A stretch of DNA of 42,190 nucleotides. Origin: a virus. Positions 32,211-40,164 of the stretch are shown here, piece by piece. The stretch lies in IMG/VR virus record IMGVR_UViG_3300045988_073020. One strand, written 5' to 3'. Numbering within the stretch: position 1 is the first letter of the stretch; each line of letters begins with the position of its first letter. A program made the translations under genes and the position numbers. The notes below the pieces were generated by a model. It worked only from the letters and a program-made list of their open reading frames with translations. It ran no database searches and was not told the DNA's origin.

Positions 32211-33641
32211 CTATAATTCGACTACGGTTAATTCTGGTTCATCAGTTGTTCTTGTGGCAATGAACTGTAATCCCTTTTCCTTACATTTCCGGTATAGTTC
32301 GTTCCTCATATCAGATGACAGCTTCTCTACGCCATCAATAAGAATGATCTGCAATCCGTTCGGTTTCTGGATAGCTACGTCGATGCAAAGATCCAGTTTC
32401 TCGCCATCGGAAAGGTTACTGATTGGAAGTCCGTGGATTAAAGGAATGCCATCTTTTACCGTAAGTCCATCAATCGGAATGGTTGCTTCCTGAAGGATTT
32501 CCCCCGGAAGTTCCCTTGCCTTCTCGATTTTATCGGTCAAGGCTTTGGATTCTGCCGCCAGTTTCTCAACCTCTGATTGCAGGTTCTCCATGCGGCGGTA
32601 CTCATTTAAATGGCCCTTCATTTCCTCGGCATATTCGGCCTTCTCGGTGAGCTCTGCGGTACTTTTCACTTCTTTGCTGGCATATTCTTCGTATTGGGAT
32701 AGTTCTGCATCATACTTAGCCACGTTCGTTTTATAGGTCTGCTCCGCTAGGCTGATCTTGTCCTGTTTCTTCTCATTGAGCCCTGACAGTTCCTTTTTGC
32801 ATGACCTGATCTGCTCCTCAAGAGAGGCAATCTGTTCTTTAAGATTAGTCTCCCGCCGGGTAAACTCCTTCTCGATGGCAGACAATTCGATCTCTCTGTC
32901 CGCTTCAAAGGCTCTCATCTTATTGCTACGACTTTCAAGCATCCGTTTTGCCTTTTCGATTGTCTCATTCTCTTTACGAATCTTCTCGATCTCCCGGTAA
33001 AGCTCTCCGACATTCTCGTTATCCCACTTCTCGGCATCGTACCCGGCCGGGATCACATCCGCGATATCTTCGATAAATGCTCTTTTGTTACGGATATCCC
33101 GGTTAATATCCTGCCGGGTCTGGAAGTACTCGCCGTTTTCGGACTGGATATCATGGAGTACCTGGAGAATGTTCTGGTCATATGACACCCAGCCTGGGAT
33201 CTCTCCGAACCATTCCCGGATTTTGTTCATATCCCATGGGTAGTCAATCATATCCAAGATAATCGCATTCTGCTTTTTTCTGTCCATTGCCATAAATTCT
33301 ACCGGGGATAGCTGCAACGGGGTGAAGATATCCTTCAAAAAAGTTTCAGGGCTTCCGACTTCGTGGCCGTCTTTTTTCACGCTCTTGTAATCTGCCTGGT
33401 TTGTTCTGATCTTACGATCAATCCGCAGCCCATTGTCAGTTTCAATTAAAATTTCCCCTTCTGTCTCCCCGTCCCTTACGATGTACTCGCGATCAGAACG
33501 GTTTGTTAGCGCCAGACGGATCGCATCAATTACAGAAGTTTTACCGGCTCCGTTTCTGCCGGAAAGTTCTACGCTCTGGCCGTCTGCTTCGTACTCTTTA
33601 ATACCAAAAAGATTCTTGATCTTTATTTTTGTTAATTTCAC
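32211..33641 (-). CDS. SMC/SbcC/RecF-like AAA ATPase with a long coiled-coil
   Basis: Walker A GRNGAGKTS, a central coiled-coil and a C-terminal signature region (LSDGEKL, ILIDG). GTG start 8 nt after GGAGG. Confidence 0.75.
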   Translation of the reverse strand: MKLTKIKIKNLFGIKEYEADGQSVELSGRNGAGKTSVIDAIRLALTNRSDREYIVRDGETEGEILIETDNGLRIDRKIRTNQADYKSVKKDGHEVGSPETFLKDIFTPLQLSPVEFMAMDRKKQNAIILDMIDYPWDMNKIREWFGEIPGWVSYDQNILQVLHDIQSENGEYFQTRQDINRDIRNKRAFIEDIADVIPAGYDAEKWDNENVGELYREIEKIRKENETIEKAKRMLESRSNKMRAFEADREIELSAIEKEFTRRETNLKEQIASLEEQIRSCKKELSGLNEKKQDKISLAEQTYKTNVAKYDAELSQYEEYASKEVKSTAELTEKAEYAEEMKGHLNEYRRMENLQSEVEKLAAESKALTDKIEKARELPGEILQEATIPIDGLTVKDGIPLIHGLPISNLSDGEKLDLCIDVAIQKPNGLQIILIDGVEKLSSDMRNELYRKCKEKGLQFIATRTTDEPELTVVEL

Positions 33642-33691
33642 GCTTGATTTCCTCCAATGCCTCATATATAATGAGGATGAAAATTTGTTTT

Positions 33692-33889
33692 CTATTTACC
33701 TGAGCCATGGCAGTTCGCACCTGCCGGGCTCTTTTTCTTATCCTTCTTTTCTGCCTTGCTAAAGCAGGCTATGTCATATATATCCATTACTTCCGCAATA
33801 GCTTTCGTGTACGCCGATTTCTCGCACGCCGGTGCCTGATTCCGTAGAGTTTCAAGCCGGTAAATTATATTGAGTATGATTTTATGCAC
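33692..33889 (-). CDS. Hypothetical protein
   Basis: ORF in the early operon. GTG start 8 nt after GGAGG. Confidence 0.5.
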   Translation of the reverse strand: MHKIILNIIYRLETLRNQAPACEKSAYTKAIAEVMDIYDIACFSKAEKKDKKKSPAGANCHGSGK

Positions 33890-34634
33890 TCTGTTCACCT
33901 CCCAAAAATTTATTGATAAAATACTGCTGACCTTTTCCGGTAACTTTTGGCGTCCTGGTCGTTACATTACAGCCGTTTCCGTCCAGATGAGTACTTTCTT
34001 TGATTTCAAACAGCCCCATCTCCATAGACCGCTGCGTTGGCATGTTCCAGTCTGCGCCTTTACGCCTGATCAGATATCCGTTATCGCGGAGCCATGTAAA
34101 AAGCCGTTGGGCGCCCATATCTACACCGTTCTGCTTTAATAGCTTTGCCATATCTCCCACGAGGATTGATGTATGACTCGCCGTAACAGCATCGGCAAAT
34201 ATTTCTTTCGGCCTCATTCGGGTGATATCGCTCTGTAGCCGGTTGATTGTCTGATCTGCCATCTTTAACGCCCGGGCGAAGACCTGTTCCGGTGTATTCC
34301 ACGCTTTTTCCAAATCCAAGAGATACTGCCGCAACTCCATTCCTTTATTTGTTCTCTGCAACATACAAATCTGTTTTGCCATATCCACAGACAGGTCGTA
34401 ATCTTCGACTTCCCTTCGTACATCTCTTGTACCCTCGGTTTGAACCCGTACTTTTTTGTTCGGGGTTGAAAAATCACTGCCCTGCTCAAAACCATATCCG
34501 CGGTACCTTTCAAACCATTTACTAAAACGTTCGGTTCCTTTTGTTCCTCCGTCTTCGGAAAGCAGATCATATAAATCCCTTGCCGACACCGTAGGTTGTC
34601 CGCTCTCGTAGCTTATTTTCATTAGCTCATCCAC
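33882..34634 (-). CDS. Antirepressor (AntA-like N-terminal domain plus KilAC/ANT C-terminal domain)
   Basis: TVSARDLYDLL...FSKWFERY (AntA-like) and PKEIFADAV...ILVGDMAKLLKQNGVDMGAQRLFTWLRDNGYL (KilAC). The start is set to GTG 34634 (or ATG 34622) after GGAGGT. The upstream 200 nt of the track ORF is not protein-like. Confidence 0.75.
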   Translation of the reverse strand: MDELMKISYESGQPTVSARDLYDLLSEDGGTKGTERFSKWFERYRGYGFEQGSDFSTPNKKVRVQTEGTRDVRREVEDYDLSVDMAKQICMLQRTNKGMELRQYLLDLEKAWNTPEQVFARALKMADQTINRLQSDITRMRPKEIFADAVTASHTSILVGDMAKLLKQNGVDMGAQRLFTWLRDNGYLIRRKGADWNMPTQRSMEMGLFEIKESTHLDGNGCNVTTRTPKVTGKGQQYFINKFLGGEQSA

Positions 34635-34645
34635 TTTCTCACCTC

Positions 34646-34801
34646 CTATCGCAGCGCCTCCAATCGTGCGCAAACTGCTAAAATGATAATCACTCCAGCC
34701 ACAAAGATAACCGCCGGCATCAGCCACCGCTCCGTTACTTCCAGCAGGCGGGATCGGCTGTCGTCCTCGAAGTCGTCGAGGTCTGTGTAATACTTCTGCA
34801 T
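34646..34801 (-). CDS. Small 51-aa single-pass membrane protein
   Basis: Hand-translated: MQKYYTDLDDFEDDSRSRLLEVTERWLMPAVIFVAGVIIILAVCARLEALR. SD GGGGGAG 6 nt upstream. Its stop overlaps the SD of the ant gene. Confidence 0.6.
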   Translation of the reverse strand: MQKYYTDLDDFEDDSRSRLLEVTERWLMPAVIFVAGVIIILAVCARLEALR

Positions 34802-34836
34802 CGTTATCTCCCCCTTTTTCTACTCTGCCCGCCATG

Positions 34837-35022
34837 CTACCCTTTTGCTTCTTCCGCTAGTTTAAGCAGATAAGCATCCCACTTTATAACGTCTACCTGC
34901 CACTCGCGCCCTACTCGGAAGGCCGGAGAGCCTTTACGCTTGAACAGGGCCGCTATGGTGTCGTAGCTCTTGTTATGGCGGACCATACAGTCTTTGATGG
35001 TTAATATCTGGCCGTCCCCCAT
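34837..35022 (-). CDS. Excisionase-like / MerR-type HTH (HTH_17) DNA-binding protein
   Basis: ILTIKDCMVRHNKSYDTIAALFKRKGSPAFRVGREWQVDVIKWDAYL. ATG lies after GGAGG. Confidence 0.65.
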   Translation of the reverse strand: MGDGQILTIKDCMVRHNKSYDTIAALFKRKGSPAFRVGREWQVDVIKWDAYLLKLAEEAKG

Positions 35023-35053
35023 CTTTTCTCGCCTCCTTTTCATCCTCACGCAT

Positions 35054-35064
35054 CACTTTAAGTG
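35054..35064. promoter_or_regulatory. Operator O4 (CACTTTAAGTG) downstream of the cro-like gene
   Basis: A 13-nt stretch (35052-35064) is identical to O1 (35310-35322). Confidence 0.6.
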
Positions 35065-35270
35065 GATTTCGCAGACAAAAAAATATTATCTACAGGTATT
35101 CCATAAATATTAGACAACATGTTTAAGTCTGCAAATGACGGCATAGCCACTCCTTTTTCCCAATTAATTACCGTTCTTTTACCGATTTTCATCATATTTG
35201 CCACTTCTTCCTGCGTCAACTTGGCATTTACTCTCGCTGCTGCCAAGCTAATTTGTATCACTTCTGCCAC
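35058..35270 (-). CDS. Cro-like XRE-family HTH regulator
   Basis: LTQEEVANMMKIGKRTVINWEKG forms an HTH. GTG start 8 nt after GGAGG. It is the first gene of the early operon. Confidence 0.8.
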   Translation of the reverse strand: MAEVIQISLAAARVNAKLTQEEVANMMKIGKRTVINWEKGVAMPSFADLNMLSNIYGIPVDNIFLSAKST

Positions 35271-35301
35271 TTTTCGCACCTCCTTCCTTTATTCTGGAAT
35301 T

Positions 35302-35392
35302 AGTATACCATCACTTTAAGTGTGTGTCAACACTAAAAGTGATATATTTTCATTTTTATGTTGCAACTTTTTCACTTTTGGTGTATTATAAT
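35302..35392. promoter_or_regulatory. Divergent genetic switch: P-early (TTGACA-17-TATACT, minus), P-repressor (TTGCAA-17-TATTAT, plus) and operators O1-O3
   Basis: Minus strand: rc of 35325-35330 is TTGACA and rc of 35302-35307 is TATACT. Plus strand: TTGCAA at 35361-35366 and TATTAT at 35384-35389. 11-bp palindromes CACTTTAAGTG (35312-22), CACTAAAAGTG (35331-41) and CACTTTTGGTG (35373-83). Confidence 0.75.
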
Positions 35393-35416
35393 CTTAAAGA
35401 AGAAAGGGGTGTAAAA

Positions 35417-35824
35417 ATGCCAGAACAAGAATTTAATGCTGTATTTTCTAAACGACTTCGATATTATCTAAGTAAATATGAAATAACACAGGCCGAATTA
35501 GCTAAGCACTTAGGCGTCGGAACCACTTCTGTATATAATTGGTGTAATGGTATAAAAACGCCCAGAATGGACAAAGTTGACGCAATGTGCGATTTGTTCA
35601 ACTGTAAACGGTCTGATCTGATTGAAGAAAAAGACGATTCTAATGACCGTTATTATCTCAACGACGAAACCGCTCAGGCTGCCCAGGAAATATTCGAGAA
35701 CAAGGAACTTCGCGCATTATTCGATGTTCAGCGCGACATGGATGCAGACGATCTTCGCGCCTTACACAATATGGCGCTCGCTTTGAAAAGAAAGGAACGT
35801 GGTAACGATGACACCGGATGTTAA
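35417..35824 (+). CDS. CI-like XRE-family repressor (ImmR-like, no S24 domain)
   Basis: ITQAELAKHLGVGTTSVYNWCNG forms an HTH. The start is set to the ATG after AAAGGGGTG. Divergent from cro. Confidence 0.8.
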   Translation: MPEQEFNAVFSKRLRYYLSKYEITQAELAKHLGVGTTSVYNWCNGIKTPRMDKVDAMCDLFNCKRSDLIEEKDDSNDRYYLNDETAQAAQEIFENKELRALFDVQRDMDADDLRALHNMALALKRKERGNDDTGC

Positions 35825-36221
35825 TGTCGTCTTACTTGATTTCCCAGCTCCTGGGAATGAAATGGTTTTTGAAAATGAAGATGATAGCTTTACGATCATG
35901 ATTAACGCACGGCTATCATATGACGAACAGCTCAAAGCCTATCGCCATGCCATGCGTCATATTGAAAATGATGATTTCCAAAAAGAAAACGTACAAACTA
36001 TAGAAGCTGCCGCGCACGCTGCTATTACAATTCCTGTAGAGACTCAACCGATGTCCGCTAAAAGATTTTTGCAGCGTCTGAAAAAAATCCAAGCCGAACA
36101 GAAAAGGATACAAAAAGAGCTAAAGCAGCTAGAAGAACACCTTGAAGTTGTACGAAGCATGAAAGGCTTCGATGATTTTGAACTGGCTGATAGTCAGCAA
36201 TGGTATGGTAGCAGCTTATGA
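35799..36221 (+). CDS. ImmA/IrrE-like protein with a degenerate metalloprotease motif (HAMRH)
   Basis: Overlaps the repressor 3' end as in ImmR/ImmA pairs. SFTIMINARLSYDEQLKAYRHAMRHIENDDF follows the M78 layout, but Glu is replaced by Ala. Confidence 0.55.
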   Translation: MVTMTPDVNVVLLDFPAPGNEMVFENEDDSFTIMINARLSYDEQLKAYRHAMRHIENDDFQKENVQTIEAAAHAAITIPVETQPMSAKRFLQRLKKIQAEQKRIQKELKQLEEHLEVVRSMKGFDDFELADSQQWYGSSL

Positions 36222-36261
36222 TTAATGACCATTAGATTAAGCAATATCTTGGAGTGCATTA

Positions 36262-36915
36262 ATGGAACAGACACTTTATTTTAAGAATGGTATTTTATAC
36301 AAAATTGATCCCAACGATGGTAGAAATTATTATCAAGCAAGATTTTTTATCTCTGATGGAGAAAAGTATGATTTTGAAAATAAAGGAGATATTGAAAGGT
36401 TACCAATTCCAAATTTTTCAAGACAAAATGGTCCATTCCCAGATGTAACAAAATGTTTGGATTATATTGTACGCATGAAAGCAGGACATTTTTATATAAG
36501 ACACGATTTTGAACTTTGCTCAACTTGTCTAAGAAAAATGATCGAACTTATGAAACATAGCACGATTTTATGGGGAGAATATGATTACTATAGAATTGTC
36601 CAGTGGAATATAGAGATGGGATTTTTTGAAGAAGCAGAGAGAGCGGAGCTTGACTTAAATAATTTTCTATATCATACACCAAATAAAGTTTTTTTAAGAA
36701 GTAATGTTGTCAATACTCCTGAGTTAATTCAAGAACAGCAAGAGCGTCAAAAGAAAAATCGAGATCGAAAAGAATATTATCATATATTTTATCAACTTCC
36801 AGAACATGCGCCCAAATCCTTTGGTGCATATCGAAGAATGAAAAATAGAAACTCAAAAAATTTCCAGGAACTCATGCAAGTAGCTGAAGAGGCTGGAATT
36901 GATATTGAACTTTAA
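36262..36915 (+). CDS. Hypothetical 217-aa protein (lysogeny-module cargo)
   Basis: AT-rich ORF with a GGAG SD. No recognisable motif. Confidence 0.7.
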   Translation: MEQTLYFKNGILYKIDPNDGRNYYQARFFISDGEKYDFENKGDIERLPIPNFSRQNGPFPDVTKCLDYIVRMKAGHFYIRHDFELCSTCLRKMIELMKHSTILWGEYDYYRIVQWNIEMGFFEEAERAELDLNNFLYHTPNKVFLRSNVVNTPELIQEQQERQKKNRDRKEYYHIFYQLPEHAPKSFGAYRRMKNRNSKNFQELMQVAEEAGIDIEL

Positions 36916-36977
36916 CCAGAAAGCCTTAATGCTATCACCCCCTATTGTGAATTGAAACAAGAAAGGAAGTGCCCTTC

Positions 36978-37520
36978 ATGCCATTGCCAGACAAGAAAAC
37001 ATACTCATCAGAAGACTACTGGAATCTCCCCGAAGGTGACCGCGCCGAACTGATCGACGGCCAGCTCTACGCCATGGCACCGCCCAGCAGGAATCACCAG
37101 AAGCTGATTGCCGCGTTTACGAAGATTCTCGGCAACTACATTGACAGCCATCGCGGAGATTGTGAGGTATACCCAGCGCCATTTGCTGTAAATCTTGATG
37201 CCGATGACAAAAACTGGGTAGAACCTGATATCTCTGTGATTTGTGACAAAAACAAACTTTCAGATCGTGGTTGCAATGGCGCGCCAGACTTCATTATTGA
37301 GATAGTCTCACCTTCAAGCAGAAAAATGGATTACACTAAGAAAAATGCTCTTTATTCCGAAGCAGGTGTACGCGAATATTGGATTGTCGATCTCGCCAAA
37401 GAACGTACCACCATCTACCACTATGAAGAAGATGCTGCACCAATCATCATCCCATTTAACGAAAAAGCCGAAGTTGGCATTTATGAAGATTTGAGTATAA
37501 TAATTTCAGAATTAATTTAG
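36978..37520 (+). CDS. Uma2 family (DUF820) PD-(D/E)XK-type endonuclease
   Basis: YWNLPEGDRAELIDGQLYAMAPPSRNHQ...EPDISVI...PDFIIEIVSPSS...K..LY...GV.EYWIVD is the Uma2 signature. ATG lies after AAAGGAAG. Confidence 0.8.
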   Translation: MPLPDKKTYSSEDYWNLPEGDRAELIDGQLYAMAPPSRNHQKLIAAFTKILGNYIDSHRGDCEVYPAPFAVNLDADDKNWVEPDISVICDKNKLSDRGCNGAPDFIIEIVSPSSRKMDYTKKNALYSEAGVREYWIVDLAKERTTIYHYEEDAAPIIIPFNEKAEVGIYEDLSIIISELI

Positions 37521-37677
37521 CATGAAAAAAGCCCCAGGAGCTACCAACTCCCAGAGCTTTCCAACACACATATCAGCCAGAGCCGATACACATGCCCTCA
37601 ACAAGCATATTGTATCACAGCTCTGGCAAAAAATACAGGGCTATTTTTATGCCCTTTCGAAAGAAAGGAGAAGTATT

Positions 37678-38796
37678 ATGCCTAAGAAACGTAAAGATGG
37701 AAGATACTCCAAGCAGGTAACCATCGGTATCAAAGACGGAAAACCAGTCCGTAAAACAATTTATGGCAGCACTATCAAAGAATTAGATAAGAACTATCGT
37801 GATTTTATGAGTCTTATGGACAAAGGAATCATCTTACAGGAACAGAACACCACCTTTAAAGAATTGTCTGAATTATGGCTTACAAACGAGAAGCTCGGAA
37901 GCGTTAGAGACCAGACAATAAGTACGATTAAAGGTCAGTTAAGTACCGTTAACAGCTATATCGGAGATATAAGAATCAAAGACTTACGGATGTCGCACAT
38001 TGAATCGTTTCGAAGCTATATGATAAAATCAAAAAAACTGGCCCAGTACAATCTGTGCCTGTCCCGAATCAAAGCAATCGTCCGTTATGCAGTCCAGAAA
38101 GACATTATGGCAAAAGATATTACTGCTGGAATGAAGAGAGTCAAAATAGACAAAAAACCAAAGCGCGCTCTTACGTCTGAAGAACGTCTGTTATTTGAAA
38201 TAGCAGACCTTGATAGTTTTGAGCGCTGCTTCATCAACCTGCTTCTCTACACTGGCTTAAGAAAGTGCGAAGCGCTTGCATTAGATGTAAAAGATATCGA
38301 CTTAAAAAAGAATCAGATTTACGTTTCTAAAACATTGGTTGCCAGTAAGAAAATCAATACCTGCCTGCAGGAATACACAAAGACTGCTGCCGGACTCCGC
38401 CAGATACCGATTCCCGCCCCGTTGGCAAAAATCCTTTTCGAATTCATAAAAGGCCGATCGGGAATTCTTTTTCCCTCAAAAAGCGGCAGATATATTTCTA
38501 CCCTCGATTATAAATGGGAAAAAATACTTAAAAAAGTTCAGGCTGTATCAAGCACCCCTCTATCAGATGATATCACGCCACATATTTTCCGGCACACCTA
38601 TGCCAGTGATTTATACAAAGCAGGTGTTGATATCAAGCAGGCTCAGTATCTCCTCGGACACGATGACATTAAGACCACGCTTGACACCTACACCCATTTT
38701 GGATTTTTCGATGTGGAGCCGGATAAACTGGAGGATTACTATAATGCAGTCAAAATGCAGTCAAACGATAATATCATACCCATGAAACATGCATAA
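37678..38796 (+). CDS. int: Tyrosine site-specific integrase
   Basis: C-terminal catalytic pattern TGLRKCEALAL...HIFRHTYASDL...LLGHDDIKTTLDTYTH. The start is set to the ATG after AAAGGAG. Confidence 0.9.
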   Translation: MPKKRKDGRYSKQVTIGIKDGKPVRKTIYGSTIKELDKNYRDFMSLMDKGIILQEQNTTFKELSELWLTNEKLGSVRDQTISTIKGQLSTVNSYIGDIRIKDLRMSHIESFRSYMIKSKKLAQYNLCLSRIKAIVRYAVQKDIMAKDITAGMKRVKIDKKPKRALTSEERLLFEIADLDSFERCFINLLLYTGLRKCEALALDVKDIDLKKNQIYVSKTLVASKKINTCLQEYTKTAAGLRQIPIPAPLAKILFEFIKGRSGILFPSKSGRYISTLDYKWEKILKKVQAVSSTPLSDDITPHIFRHTYASDLYKAGVDIKQAQYLLGHDDIKTTLDTYTHFGFFDVEPDKLEDYYNAVKMQSNDNIIPMKHA

Positions 38797-38973
38797 ACAG
38801 GGCATTTCTTAAGAATGCATTAATTTATTACGATTTAACAGTACATGTTTTTAACATCTAGCAATTACGTTGTTTTTGGCTTAAAACCGTGCTTTTTGAG
38901 ATATTTCACGCGCTAACTATCACTAACTAAATGCAGTCAAAACTAAGTGTTATGCAGTCAAAATGCAGTCAGA
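38744..38973 (+). other. Candidate attP region with five ATGCAGTCA(A/G)A arm-type direct repeats
   Basis: Copies at 38744, 38755, 38931, 38952 and 38963. Two tandem clusters flank a ~165-bp AT-rich spacer immediately 3' of int. Confidence 0.55.
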
Positions 38974-39069
38974 GAATGATACAATATGCTTATGCATTTA
39001 GATGGTACCAAACAGGCCGCCTAATCAAAATAATCAAGTGAAATAATATAACTGAATGGAGATGAAAAG

Positions 39070-39240
39070 ATGAACCGAACAGATGAATTATTTTTTGAGA
39101 TAATTGAGACCTACCAGCGCCATGCCCAGGCTGTCAAAAATGCAAAATACCAGGAGATCCGCGAGATGGCGGAAATGATAATCGATGTGGATATATCATC
39201 TATGTGGTTTTTGACACAGCGGATACCAGATACCAAATGA
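39070..39240 (+). CDS. Hypothetical 56-aa protein
   Basis: Hand-translated ORF MNRTDELFFEIIETYQRHAQAVKNAKYQEIREMAEMIIDVDISSMWFLTQRIPDTK. SD GGAGA 7 nt upstream. Confidence 0.45.
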   Translation: MNRTDELFFEIIETYQRHAQAVKNAKYQEIREMAEMIIDVDISSMWFLTQRIPDTK

Positions 39241-39257
39241 CGGCTGATGTAGGAGAT

Positions 39258-39288
39258 AGGGCGGAGCTAATGGGGGAGCTGCCGCCCT
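39258..39288. terminator. GC-rich hairpin between convergent genes (no clear U-tract)
   Basis: AGGGCGGAGCT-loop-AGCTGCCGCCCT. Confidence 0.4.
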
Positions 39289-39365
39289 GCTGATATGAGC
39301 ATACTTATATAACGTTTTTCGGACCGTGGTGTGACGCAAAGCAGGAAAAAGGGCAGTATGTGACA

Positions 39366-39776
39366 TCATCCAAGAATATGCCCCTCGGCCATATTGTTTT
39401 TCTTAACATTTTTTGTTGCAATGTCATTTACTTTCTCCTTGATGTTATCTTTGGAGAAAAAATTTCTTTTTTCAATGTAGAATACTGCTTCGTCATGCAT
39501 CTCAAAAAGCTGACTGAATCTATTTTCTACGAACTCGAATCCCGCTAGAAGCTCTGGATATTTTCCCCACACTTCTTTTCCTTCTTTTACATATTTTATG
39601 GCAGTATTACGAATGTCTTCAGCCCATGCGATCTGCTTCGGGGTCCCTTTCAGTTCTTTCATCGTTTCTTTAGCTTCCCTCCATGCCTGCTTGAGAGCCT
39701 CGCTCATCGCAGTGCCTGCCTTCTTAACCAGTTCCCATGCTCTTTTCATTATACTACTTAAGTTATATTTTTTCAT
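39366..39776 (-). CDS. Hypothetical 136-aa protein (accessory island)
   Basis: SD GGAG. Driven by a TTGAAA-17-TATAAT promoter. Helical, Lys/Glu-rich. Confidence 0.7.
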   Translation of the reverse strand: MKKYNLSSIMKRAWELVKKAGTAMSEALKQAWREAKETMKELKGTPKQIAWAEDIRNTAIKYVKEGKEVWGKYPELLAGFEFVENRFSQLFEMHDEAVFYIEKRNFFSKDNIKEKVNDIATKNVKKNNMAEGHILG

Positions 39777-39821
39777 TTTGTTTTCTCCTTGTTTTTTTAT
39801 TTTCCTGTTCCTTATGATCTT

Positions 39822-39910
39822 ATTATATACTATAGCGCCCTATATTTCAATATACACATTCGCTAAAATTAGCGCACTAATATTGTGCAGTATGTATATA
39901 GCGCGCTAAA
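39822..39910. promoter_or_regulatory. Promoter TTGAAA-17-TATAAT (minus strand) with operator site A in its spacer, plus sites B and C
   Basis: Site A TATAGCGCCCTATA 39831-44, site B ATTAGCGCACTAAT 39868-81, site C TATAGCGCGCTAAA 39897-910. rc of 39845-50 is TTGAAA and rc of 39822-27 is TATAAT. Confidence 0.65.
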
Positions 39911-39949
39911 CTATTTTTTGTTACACTATAATAAAAGGAGGGCTTAAAT

Positions 39950-40147
39950 ATGGCATATAGCGAAAAGCAAAAAGAATACACAATGAAATATCTGGAAAAA
40001 TTAAAAGAGATCAGATTTCGAGTTAGACCAGAAGAATACCAGAAGTATGAGGAAGCTGCTGAAAAAGCAGGATATCCAAGTATGCGACAATTCTATATGG
40101 ATGCGATAGATGAGAAAGTAAATAAAATTTTAAATTTAAGGGAATAA
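39950..40147 (+). CDS. Small RHH/Arc-like DNA-binding protein (candidate repressor of the island)
   Basis: IRFRVRPEEYQKYEEAAEKAGYPSMRQFYMDAIDEKV has a beta-strand plus two-helix layout. Strong SD AAGGAGGG. Confidence 0.6.
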   Translation: MAYSEKQKEYTMKYLEKLKEIRFRVRPEEYQKYEEAAEKAGYPSMRQFYMDAIDEKVNKILNLRE

Positions 40148-40164
40148 GGAAGTAAGGGAGAATT

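Noticed and set aside
33882-34835. Full 317-aa antirepressor ORF as given in the track
   Set aside because: The N-terminal ~70 residues are not protein-like, and an SD-supported start exists at 34634/34622. The upstream interval is better explained by a separate 51-aa ORF in another frame.
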